From assembly GCA_964016885.1 (NCBI GenBank), contig OZ024750.1, positions 35,278,001 through 35,342,000 of the forward strand: DNA of 64,000 nt, written 5' to 3'. Source of the DNA: Eledone cirrhosa. Its lineage: Eukaryota. The notes under the pieces are model-generated. The model saw nothing but the letters and a program-made list of their open reading frames with translations. It ran no database searches and had not been told where the DNA came from. Made by a program: the position numbers and the translations under genes. Shown piece after piece: positions 27,515 to 39,282 of the stretch (positions are counted from its first letter, which is position 1; the number at the start of each line of letters is the position of its first letter).

Positions 27515-28010
27515 ATCATCATCATCACCATCATCACCGTTTTACGTCCGTTCTTCCACGTTAGCATGGGTTAGACGGGTTGTCCTGTTGTGGGCAGTGT
27601 CCGGTCGGCTGACCTTGTCTTGCTCATACGGGAACTGATTCTGGCTTGATTTCTACAGCTGGATGCCCTTCCTAACACCAACCTCATTTGCAGTGAGTGC
27701 TGGGTGCTTTTTTTCTGTGGCACCTACACGTCCACTTTTCAGTGTGGGCTGGGTGCTTTTTTGCCGTGGCACCTACATGACCACTTTTCAGTGTGGGCTT
27801 GATGCTTTTTTGCCGTGGCACCTACATGATCACTTTGCAGTGGAATGATAGGGACCCCAGTCCTATCATCTCATTTCTACAGCTGAGTAAACTGGAGCAA
27901 TGTGAAATAAAGTGTCTTGCTCAAGGAAACAACACATCACCCGGTCTGAGAATTGAACTCACAACCTTTCGTTTGCAAGGCCAATGTTCTAACTACTAAG
28001 TATGTGCCCC
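27515..28010 (-). mobile_element. Full-length SINE-A (alternative RTE tail)
   Basis: Same head and body as 9151; tail acccatgctaacgtggaagaacggacgtaaaacg(gat)n. Confidence 0.9.
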
Positions 28011-28080
28011 ATATACATATATATATATATTTAATTGGTGTTGGATGCTTAAAGCGTCCGTATGCTTCGTAGAATCAAGA

Positions 28081-28347
28081 CGTATCTGAGGACCTTGCGA
28101 TTTTCAGAGTCAAGTTAGATCCTCACATTGATCGTGCCTTGAGCTGGTCGCCAGAGAAACGATTGTAATATGTCCAATAAATACCATTTGTCGCAACACT
28201 GATTTTCTTTTTTTGTGATATATAGAAAGAGGATATGATCCGAAATCAATCAATAGACGTGTCTGAGGAACCTGCGAGACTAGAGTCAGGTAGATCCACA
28301 CATGGATTGCACCTCGAGCTGTTCGCCAGGGAAACAATTGTAACACA
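28081..28347 (+). ncRNA. Tandem pair of type I hammerheads (28081-28172 and 28258-28347, 177-bp period)
   Basis: cgtat-CTGAGGA...GAAA-cgattg-TA-atatg and gtgt-CTGAGGA...GAAA-caattg-TA-acac; each followed by AATAAA. Confidence 0.8.
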
Positions 28348-28412
28348 CAATAAATTGAGTTCCGATGCATCACTTATTTTTCGTTTTCCATTCTATATTT
28401 ATATATATATAT

Positions 28413-28718
28413 ATATTAATTCAAAATATTAACAAAATAGATATTCTTGTGATAAATTATATTTTATTATACATATTTCAGAGGTACTGAGTTAAGTTCA
28501 ACAGTACGTCCTCATCAGATAAAATAAAATGATACATGACATACCCTGACTACCATGACTGAATCTTAACCATCTACTATGTCAGGGTATGTCATGTATC
28601 ATTTTATTTTATCTGATGAGGACGTACTGTTGAACTTAACTCAGTACCTCTGAAATATGTATAATAAAATATAATTGATCACAAGAATATCTATTTTGTT
28701 AATATTTTGAATTAATAT
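28413..28718. mobile_element. Fold-back hammerhead element (138-bp arms, 30-bp loop); ribozyme at 28606-28670
   Basis: attttat-CTGATGA-ggacgtactg..cagtacctct-GAAA-tatgta-TA-ataaaat. Confidence 0.85.
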
Positions 28719-29200
28719 TAATAACTCTGGAAAACCATGAGCTGTTGAGTGCTTCCAATCTATTGTAAAACTCATTCTTTGATGTATTCATTGAACCTTA
28801 TTTAACTTGTAAAAATTAATATATATATATATTTTGAATATATGTTGGTTCCTTTACTATCTTATTCCTTCTACCACTTTATCATTTTTTTGAGCTGACT
28901 CCAACAACACTACCAACATAAGAATAGAGGTTAGATGTATCTAACAATAACAAGAACAACAACTACAGATTGGCTTGCCTCAGAACGAATTTCTATAGAA
29001 TTCTGACTGAGGAATGTTCTAACAACTGACAAATGAGAGGAGAAGAGGCCCTTTGATGCTGAAATTTGTTTGTTTAAATTCATATGATTCCAGTTCCTCA
29101 GTGAAGTAACAACCCAACCAGGAACTGGGCATATCAGAGTATATTGACAAAGTTAAACACCTCAACAACATGTGTACTCGTCTCTACCACACTAATTCGG

Positions 29201-29255
29201 ACTGCCTGAAGAGGTCACAGCCAAAGATGGCTGTCACCGAAATATATATAGCAGT
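29201..29255 (+). ncRNA. Minimal type I hammerhead in element about 29093-29312
   Basis: actgc-CTGAAGA-ggtcacagccaaagatggctgtcacc-GAAA-tatata-TA-gcagt-AATAAA. Confidence 0.87.
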
Positions 29256-29327
29256 AATAAACGAAGCCAAATTTTAAACATTTGACTTATTTATTTTATT
29301 TTATTTTATTTTATATATATATATATC

Positions 29328-29986
29328 GGGTGATGAGGTGTTTCCTTGAGCAAGACACTTTATTTCACATTGCTCCAGTTTACTCAGCTGTAGAAATGAG
29401 ATGATAGGGACTGGGGTCCATATCATTCCACTGCAAAGTGGTCATGGAGGTGCCACGGCAAAAAAGCACCCAGCACTCACTGTAAATGAGGTTGGTGTTA
29501 GGAAGGGCATCCAGCTGTAGAAATGAGATGATAAGGACTGGGGTCCTTATCATTCCACTGCAAATTGGTCGTGGAGGTGCCACGGCAAAAAAGCACCCAG
29601 CACTCACTGTAAATGAGGTTGGTGTTAGGAAGGGCATCCAGCTGTAGAAATGAGATGATAAGGACTGGGGTCCTTATCATTCCACTGCAAATTGGTCGTG
29701 GAGGTGCCACGGCAAAAAAGCACCCAGCACTCACTGTAAATGAGGTTGGTGTTAGGAAGGGCATCCAGCTGTAGAAATGAGATGATAAGGACTGGGGTCC
29801 TTATCATTCCACTGCAAATTGGTCGTGGAGGTGCCACGGCAAAAGGGCACCCAGCACTCACTGTAAATGAGGTTGGTGTTAGGAAGAGCATCCAGCTGTA
29901 GAAATCAAGCCAGAATCAGTTCCCGTCCCACCCTTGCAAGCAGGGAAAAGCAGACGTAAAATGAAATGATGATGATGATGATGATG

Positions 29987-29990
<4 letters not shown>
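29328..29990 (+). mobile_element. 5'-truncated SINE-A with a fourfold internal 127-bp tandem duplication
   Basis: Repeats bounded by cagctgtagaaat; ORF offsets of 127. Confidence 0.9.
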
Positions 29991-30028
<38 letters not shown>

Positions 30029-30234
30029 ACACATATACTATATAAATAGTGAATGTATTCTATAAACAGAGGAATTTGTTGTAATGTAAATTCTCCCAAT
30101 TAGGTAAATATTCCAACATGGATGCCACATAAGAGTTGTTGGCCTTTTTACTTTTTACTTTGATACTTTCTTTTATACACTCTTTTATTTTCATATTATC
30201 ATATTTTTTCCTTGTTACCATTATGTAACTGAAC

Positions 30235-30411
30235 AACACCACCACCACCACCACCAGCAGCAGCAGCTGTGCCAACACCACCACCACCACCAGCAGCAGC
30301 AGCTGTGCCAACACCACCACCACCACCAGCAGCAGCAGCTGTGCCAACACCACCACCACCACCAGCAGCAGCAGCTGTACCAACACCACCACCACCACCA
30401 GCTGTACCAGC

Positions 30412-30442
<31 letters not shown>

Positions 30443-30531
30443 GCAGCACCAGCTGTACCACCACCAGCAGCACCAGCTGTACCAACACCACCACCACCAC
30501 CACCACCACCACCACCAGCAGCACCAGCTGT

Positions 30532-30562
<31 letters not shown>

Positions 30563-30708
30563 GCAGCACCAGCTGTACCAACACCACCACCACCACCACC
30601 ACCACCACCTGCAGCACCACCAGCAGCAGCACCACCACCACCACCACCACCACCACCACCAGCAGCAGCAGCTGTACCAACACCACCACCACCACCAGCT
30701 GTACCAGC

Positions 30709-30739
<31 letters not shown>

Positions 30740-30786
30740 GCAGCAGCAGCTGTACCAACACCACCACCACCACCAGCTGTACCAGC

Positions 30787-30817
<31 letters not shown>

Positions 30818-31210
30818 GCAGCACCAGCTGTACCAACACCACCAGAAGCAGCAGCTGTACCAACACCACCACCACCAGCAGCAGCTGTACTAACACCACC
30901 ACCACCAGCACCACCACCACCAGCAGCAGCAGCTGTACCAGCACCACCACCACAACTAGCAGCTGTACCAGCACCACCACCACCACCACCTGCAGCAGCA
31001 CCACCACCACTATCATCACCACCACCACCGCCACCACCACCACCTGCAGCACCACCAGCAGCAGCACCACCACCACCAGCACCACCACCTGCAGCAGCAC
31101 CACCACCACCAGCACCACCACCTGCAGCAGCACCACCACCACCACCACCACTACCTGCAGCAGCAGCACCACCACCACCACCACCACAACCACCATCATC
31201 ACCACCACCA
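30235..31210. repeat. Compound (CCA)/(GCA) triplet repeat (reads Pro/Ala-rich on +)
   Basis: About 975 bp of cca/gca/gct/gta/aca triplets, frame preserved. Confidence 0.9.
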
Positions 31211-31230
31211 GTTATATATACATATATATA

Positions 31231-31261
<31 letters not shown>

Positions 31262-31380
31262 ATATATGTATGTGTGTGTGTATATTTATGTGTGTGTGTG
31301 TGTGTGTATGTATGTGTGTGTGTGTGTGTGTATATGTATATATATGTGTGTGTGTGTGTATATGTATATATGTATGTGTG

Positions 31381-31465
<85 letters not shown>

Positions 31466-31474
31466 ATATATATA

Positions 31475-31526
<52 letters not shown>

Positions 31527-31530
<4 letters not shown>

Positions 31531-31967
31531 ATTAAATAAATGGAAACTATATTTATAAAACCATATCTATTTCATTATATATATTTCAGGGATATCATAT
31601 TAACAATATGCTATGCCTTCCTCAGACAAAATACAATATAAACAGTTTTATAGATAAATAGATTCGACATACCATAACAACATCGACTTGCATTTGAAGA
31701 GGTTGATTTCAAATGCAAGTCGATGTTGTTATGGTATGTCGAATCTATTTATCTATAAAACTGTTTATATTGTATTTTGTCTGAGGAAGGCATAGCATAT
31801 TGTTAATATGATATCCCTGAAATATATATAATGAAATAGATATGGTTTTATAAATATAGTTTTCATTTATTTAATATTGTATATATACTCCAAATATTTG
31901 TCGAGTGCTTTTATATCAGTTATAAATATTTACTAGTTGTAACCCAACAATTTAAATATAACTTTCC

Positions 31968-31968
<1 letters not shown>
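31527..31968. mobile_element. Fold-back hammerhead element (arms 31527-31698 / 31708-31879); ribozyme at 31774-31837
   Basis: attttgt-CTGAGGA-aggcatagcatat..atatgatatccct-GAAA-tatata-TA-atgaaat; lies inside a long (TA)n field. Confidence 0.87.
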
Positions 31969-32011
<43 letters not shown>

Positions 32012-32012
32012 G

Positions 32013-32059
<47 letters not shown>

Positions 32060-32078
32060 GTATGTATATATATATATG

Positions 32079-32142
<64 letters not shown>

Positions 32143-32173
32143 CATATGTATATATATATATATGTATATATAC

Positions 32174-32244
<71 letters not shown>

Positions 32245-33436
32245 TGTATATATATATATACATATGTATATATATATATAATTCCATTTTGTTACTGTTG
32301 TTACTGTTCAATCATTAAAATAAATATTTATTTCTATCAGCACCTTTGATCAGGGCAAAGTCTTTCAAATGATCTAACAAGGGAGACAACTGCTGTTTTC
32401 AGTCATTAGTACCCAACAGTGATCATCTCTGCAGGGTTAGATTAATTGTTTGGTTTATCTTATATCGACCTATTTCAGTTGAATACATTGTATAATATTA
32501 CATTAGTATATTGTATAAATAATATGACATCAAAATATTGTATAATATTACATTAATATATTGTATAATGCTAAAATAAATGAAAGATATATTTTATATC
32601 GACCTATTTCTACTTAATGTATTATATAATGATACAAACTTTCCCTCCACCCTCCAAAAAAACATTACTACACCTTTCGTAACAACAAAGACAATATTCT
32701 GATAATTAAATAATCAATTTAGCTGATTTTAATGTTAATTTTTCATGAACAGTATCGATGTTGTTGTTGATTTTATTACTATTATCTTTTTAACATTTGA
32801 AGTCCCCCATCTTTGATCTTTAAAATATCTTTGAATAGTAATCGATCTGTAAGATAATGTTTATCGTCTGCTTTGAATATGAATTGCTCTTGAGAAGAAT
32901 TCTTATAAAAAATTTACAACACTAATCCTAAACTTGATCCTGTCATATTTTTTTTTCTTCTACATCTGTTTTGATATAAAGAATTCTGTGTAACAGATGT
33001 GTGTGTAGGTATATATGTGTATTGCACATATATACATAAATATGTGTGTGTGTGTACGTGTAGCTGTGTGTGTGTATATATATGTGTATGTGTGTGCGTG
33101 TGTATGATGTATGTAGGTATGTATATATAAAGGTGTATATATATATATAAATATATATATGTGTGTGTGAGTGTGTGAGTATGTATGTATGTATGTATAG
33201 GTAAGGGTGTGCATGCATACACACATATATTTAGAAGTGTGTGAACACACACCTGTGTGTGTGTGTGTGTTAGCATAAAAGAAATTGTTACTAGGAAAGT
33301 AATTTTAGACAAGAAACTGTTGATATTTTATCTACAGTACAAACAACATAACAAACTTGTTATGAAGAGAGAGAGGCTGTGATTGTTGTTAAAAATGATA
33401 CTTGAGAGTTAATGATAAGGAACTATAAAGAATTAT

Positions 33437-33593
33437 TTTAACCCTTTAGCTGTTTCTGGCCACGCATACTGATGTTAAAGTATTGTTCTCAAAAAAATCT
33501 CAAAATCTCATAGATTCGATATTATATGAGATAAAGCCTTTACTATGAAAATACAATTGTAAATATAGAACAATGTAAATGCTAAAGGGTTAA
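33437..33593. mobile_element. piggyBac-like MITE
   Basis: TTAA-ccctttagc...gctaaaggg-TTAA. Confidence 0.8.
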
Positions 33594-33714
33594 AATAATG
33601 TTGTTGTTGTTGGCATTATGGTTACAATGAGAAAGTCTTTGTCTCTTTTAAATTCATTAAATTTTGCAACTATTTGTTCATAAAAAAAAAATGATCGTTT
33701 CTGAATTAAGCAGA

Positions 33715-34210
33715 ATTTTGTGAGAGGAGAAAGTCGATTAAATCAACTCAAGTACATAACTCCAGTACATATTTTATTGATCTTATAAGAATGAAAAGCA
33801 AAGCTAACCTCAGCAGGATTTGAATTCAGAACGTAAAAAGCTGTAATTATGCTGTAAAATATGTTGTCCACCACTCTGCCGATACTTCCAATCTACCGCC
33901 CTTAATAATAAGTGTTTCTACTTTTGGCACAAAGCCAGCAATTAACCCAGTGTATTACTGGTACTTTATTTTATCAACCCTGTAAGGATGAAAGGTAAAG
34001 TTAACCTCGGCGGGATTTGAACTCAGAAGGGCAAGGGCCGTAACTCTATGCGTCAAAGCATGGCATCCGACCCTCTATCGATACTGCCAATCCACCGCCC
34101 TAGGTTTTGAACTCGGGCGGGATTTGAACTCAGGACGTAAAGGTCGGTAACTCTATGCTACAAAGTATGTTGTCGAACACTCTACCGATTCTGGCCAATC
34201 CATCACCCTA
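33715..34210 (-). mobile_element. Tandem SINE-B copies
   Basis: Copies at about 33715-33902, 33914-34101 and 34105-34210. Confidence 0.85.
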
Positions 34211-35076
34211 CTGCCATGTTTTATAATACAATGATATCTGCTAAGAAAACCACACAGACACTGTCTGGCATATAATACCTACTCAAATGAAATCATGTGA
34301 AAGCTCAACCTTTCAGATATGTCTGAGTTAAAGCATGGTATGAAAATAGAAGCAATCTAATAGCAGACAGCTTCAGGATATTTAATTAAAAAAAGGAATC
34401 ATAGGACACTAACAATTTATATAAAATACTATACTGTATTCCAGTCAGTTCTAAATAGAAGTGAAAAAAAATAGTTCTATGGAATTCCTTGCATATTATA
34501 CAAAAGTACAAATATATATATAAACATATATATAAACATATATATAAAAAGCACAAAAACGTATATAAACTTGTATAAATATATATATAAACATATATAT
34601 AAACATATATATAAAAAGCACAAAAACGTATATAAACCTGTATAAATATATATAAACATATATAAATATATATATATATATATAAAAAGCACAAAATATA
34701 TATAAACATTTATAAATATATATATATATATAAAACATACAAAAAGATGAACATATATAAACATATGTAAATGTATATATAAACAGTACAAAAAAATAAA
34801 CATATATAAACAAATAAATGTATAAAACCAAAATATTTCTTTTTATATCTTGTAAATTGTATGGAAATATAAGTATTGCTTCTTTTATTTCCCTATATTT
34901 CTATTAACAATTGTTTATCAAAATAGTTGCCATCAGATTTCCATTTTGAGTCTTCTTCCACGAAAAATGTAATTTTGCAAAATTTAGGCTTCAAAACGCT
35001 TGCCATAATTAGAAAGATTCTGAGAGTTTTAAATAAATTATTATAAACATTTCCAGTTGCACTTTATTTATATATA

Positions 35077-35542
35077 CCATATATGCCAGCGTACAAGTCG
35101 ACATTTGGAGCTTAAAAATATCTTTCCAAAACCAGGGATCGACTTGTTCGCCAAATATAAAATGTTAACATTTACCACTGAGGGGTGAACAGTGAAATTG
35201 CCTGCCTAACACTCGTTGTACACCACTTACCATAACTCTAGCTGCCCACCACAATTATTTCCTACTGAATCTCATATTTGTTAAGTCTAAACATAGAGAT
35301 TATTTTACAAATTATATTTTCTTCACATGCATTTTTATTTTACAACTATTTAGTGTTTATTTTCATGTTTTATATTTTGTGCAAATAAAGAATAGCAAGT
35401 GCATCTAGGTCTGGGGAGATAGTACTGCCTTTTCTTGTGGGGTGGGTCTTATCCAGCGACTGTAGGCCTAAACCTGAGTTATACCTCAGAATTTTAGGGG
35501 TCGACCTGTGACCTGGATCAACTTGTACGCCGGCATATATTG
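35077..35542. mobile_element. pogo/Tigger-like MITE
   Basis: TIRs ccatatatgccagcgtacaagtcga / tcaacttgtacgccggcatatattg with TA flanks. Confidence 0.75.
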
Positions 35543-35934
35543 TATGTACTTAATTTTAACAGTGATGAATTTGTTTTGCTAGGTTTTTTTTATATGAAAT
35601 CGTGTGTTGAAACAAATATTGTTATATTTGGGGAAGGCCATTTTGTTATAATATTGCTAGAAATATATAATAAAACACACTCACTGTTTGGTTTGGGTTG
35701 GTTTCCACTTCTCTATATCTTATATCCCCATAGTTAATTTAGCTGGCAATCAATGTTTATCATTGATTCACCAACAGTTAAAAAACATAGATATAAATAT
35801 AGTCTCTCAGAGTTCTTTCATCACACACCTATGACATCATCAGTGATATCATGTTTCCTCCCATTGTACTTCTGTAATGTTTTCTTATTCTATTTTATTT
35901 ATTTATTTATTTATTCATTTATTTATTGTTGTCT

Positions 35935-36270
35935 CTGTTTGGTGTGTGTGTGTGTGTGTGTTCTGTTTGGTGTGTGTGTCTGGTGTGTGTGTCTCTCTTT
36001 GGTGTGTGTGTGTGTCTTCTGTTTGGTGTGTGTGTCTGGTGTGTGTGTCTCTCTTTGGTGTGTGTGTGTCTTCTGTTTGGTGTGTGTGTCTGGTGTGTGT
36101 GTCTCTCTTTTGTGTGTGTGTCTTCTGTTTGGTGTGTGTGTCTCTCTTTGGTGTGTGTGTGTGTCTTCTGTTTGGTGTGTGTGTCTCTCTTTGGTGTGTG
36201 TGTGTCTTCTGTTTGGTGTGTGTGTGTCTGGTGTGTGTGTCTCTCTTTGGTGTGTGTCCGTGTCTCAGTC
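35935..36270. repeat. TG-rich compound repeat
   Basis: tttggtgtgtgtgtctc-type units. Confidence 0.9.
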
Positions 36271-36629
36271 TGTGTTTGTTTATATTCTATCTTTGTATTC
36301 TAACTTTAACATTATATATTACTGAAGGGTGGAGGGTTGGCAGTATTTGGTAGAATGTCATACAACATATTTTGTGGCATATACTTATATATGTACTTAA
36401 CTTTAACATTATATATATATATATATATATATATCACTGTAGGAAGGTGGGTAGAGCATTGGACAACATGCTTTGTGGCATATAGTTAAGTCCCTTTACC
36501 TTCTGAGTTCAAATCCCACCAAGGTTAGATTTGCCTTTCATCCTTGTGGAGCCAATAAAATAAAGTACCAGTAACACACTGGGGATGCTTTAACCCTTTA
36601 GCATTCACATTACTCTATATATACTATTG

Positions 36630-36869
36630 TATTTTATTATTTCAAGGGCAACCAAGCCAATCATGGTGCACTTTCATCAGATAAAATACAAAATTTGTTT
36701 TATAAATAGTGACATAACCATCAACCGTCAAGGTTGTTTTCCATGATTATATCACTATTTATAAAACAAATTGTGTATTTTATCTGATGAAAGCACACCA
36801 AGATTGGCTTGGTCGCCCTTGAAATAATAAAATAATTATGGTTTTATAAATATAGTTTCCATTTATTAA

Positions 36870-36875
<6 letters not shown>
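36630..36875. mobile_element. Older fold-back hammerhead element (arms about 36630-36720 / 36743-36834)
   Basis: ttttat-CTGATGA-aagcacaccaag..cttggtcgccctt-GAAA-TA-ataaaa (stem III palindrome lost); arms diverged. Confidence 0.75.
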
Positions 36876-36951
<76 letters not shown>

Positions 36952-37116
36952 AAAATAACAGATTAAAGTTTAGTCTTCAAATTTATTATTATTACTATAT
37001 ATATATATATATACACTTGAAGGCGGCCGACCGGGCTAGAAACTGCTAAATGTGTGGCCGCCTTCTTGTCTCTGCCTTTTCAGCCCCATGCATTATATTC
37101 CTTTGTTAAATTTCGA

Positions 37117-37174
37117 ATACCTGATGATGTCACCGGATTCATACTGAACCCGGTCATTGAAATGTTTAGAGTAT
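37117..37174 (+). ncRNA. Degenerate hammerhead motif
   Basis: atac-CTGATGA-tgtcaccgg..ccggtcatt-GAAA-tgtttaga-gtat-AATAAA; element bounded by (TA)n. Confidence 0.55.
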
Positions 37175-37234
37175 AATAAACCTTTAAGGAATTACACCAG
37201 TCCAGCCTCCTTATATTTTATAATATATATATAT

Positions 37235-37279
<45 letters not shown>

Positions 37280-37301
<22 letters not shown>

Positions 37302-37809
37302 TAAAACTATCAATCAATGGTAGGGTCTAAACCATATGAAGAACTCAATGAAATCCGTATGTAGAAGATGTCGTGAAGCAAAGTTTAAAATGCAAAATTT
37401 TCAACGATATAATTCATTGGATACAGAGTCAAAAATAGAAATATTAAAACAATGAAATTAAACACAAAACGGTTAATTCATAGTAAAACTCATTATTTTA
37501 CGATCGTTTCTGAGGGGTAGTTCCCCATATGTCCATTCAATTATTGATCTATGTAAAATATATTACAAAATATCATAGTAAGAAAAAGTACATACGTCTT
37601 CACTACCCGCCGTCTTCAGAAATAATTATTTCTGAAGACGCCGGCTAGTGAAGACGTATGTACTTTTTCTTACTATGATATTTTGTAATATTTTACATAG
37701 ATCAATAATTGAATGGACATACAGGGAACTACCCACCAGAAACAATCGTAAAATAATGAGTTTTACTATGAATTAACCATTTTGTGTTTAATTTCATTGT
37801 TTTAATATT

Positions 37810-37812
<3 letters not shown>
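37280..37812. mobile_element. Fold-back hammerhead element, zero-spacer palindrome 37437-37812; ribozyme at 37625-37757
   Basis: attattt-CTGAAGA-..gg(g)tagt...actaccc..-GAAA-c(g/a)atcg-TA-aaataat; homolog of 13140-13702. Confidence 0.85.
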
Positions 37813-37849
<37 letters not shown>

Positions 37850-38394
37850 GGGAATGTAATGGCCAATTGCTGTAATGTTGTTTATCTTAGTTGTTACACA
37901 GTAACTTCCTGATGATAAGCAGGTCCTAGCAATCCAAAGCACTACACGTCAGTAGTTTATCCAAGGTGGGTGATAGTAAGTGTTGGAGTATTCATTTATC
38001 AAATAATGGTAGTTAAGACGGGGTTAAATCACCATAATTGTTTATTACGTTATATATATTTCTGTTCATGGTTATTCATGTGACTTCGTCAGATGCTTAC
38101 GCAATCATTAGTGCAGTTATGCAATCATTGTGATATACTGGTGGCCATGCACATCCATCCAGTAGTGAAGTGGTTTGGCATATATATATTTTACTTATTT
38201 GATAGCCTTTTTATTTCAAAGTAGATTATTACAAATTTGAAACATTTTATGACAATGTAACAATTTCCTAAAATAGTAAAGCAGAAGATAGACGGCGAAT
38301 TTGGCTGAGTCGTTAGAACTCTGAATCGAATGCTTTGCAGTATTTGTTCCAGCTCTCTGTTGTCTGATTTCAAATCCTGCTGAGGTCAACTTTT

Positions 38395-38720
38395 CACCCA
38401 GGGATCATTATTCATGCTTCACATCACCGTACCAATGCTGTTTGTCTCTTGCATACCACTTTGGATACTTATTTAACCCAGTTTCTCCCTCAGTTCATCC
38501 AGGCTCTGCTTTTCTCTTACTTTTACAATGCACATCCATTGAAGCATGCTTGCTTCATTTCTCTCCAGCCTCTTCATGTCCTCTGCAGTCACTGCCCATG
38601 TCTCACTACCCTGCTGTATCACACTTCACACACAGGCGGCATACAGCCAACCTTTCATTCGTAGGGAGAAACCTTTTGTTGTTAGCAGGGGTAGCAGTTC
38701 CCTAAACATTTTCCAGTATA
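38395..38720 (-). mobile_element. Degenerate RTE LINE fragment
   Basis: Minus-strand ELLPLL..KGFSLRMKG..ETWAVTAEDMKRLERNEASML. Confidence 0.8.
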
Positions 38721-38882
38721 AATCATAATCCAGTTTCTAGTTATTCTATATTTTCTAAGAAGTCTGCATTATATTTAAAATTTCATTATCTTCTGCTTAC
38801 TGGAAATTATTTCATTTCCGTATTTTCACCATCTTCACAACTAATTCCATAGAATATCTATAGAATGGTTGAAGAAACTTAC

Positions 38883-38957
38883 CCTAAGTATTTCTGTTGA
38901 AAAACTGATAAATGAGATTTTCTAGGAATTTTATCTAATATTGTCAAGAAATTGAAA
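38883..38957 (-). CDS. Candidate 75-nt symmetric exon
   Basis: ctgacattttcAG | FNFLTILDKIPRKSHLSVFQQKYL | GG-GTAAGT. Confidence 0.3.
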
Positions 38958-39282
38958 CTGAAAATGTCAGTTGACTTTGAGAAATGTTAAAAGCTCCTGA
39001 GTGGATTACAGCTAACTAATCAGAAGAATAACTAATAAGATGTTCTCCAAATATGGTTACTTCAAGTAATTAATAAAGTCAGTGTAGCTTGTCAGATGCT
39101 ACTAAGAGTACTTGAAGAATTCTAACAATGTAATCATAGAAGACAGTATAACAGAAGACATATATATATATATACTACTACTACTACTACTACTACTACT
39201 AACAACATCACATCAGATTTAATCTACTCCTACTTTATAGCAGGGAAAATTGAACATTTAATAACATTTTTCTGTTTATTTT

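Noticed and set aside
37905-37960. CTGATGA...gtc hammerhead-like stretch; similar relics at 25350-25400(-) and 45885-45950(-)
   Set aside because: Core or stems too degenerate to call from one copy
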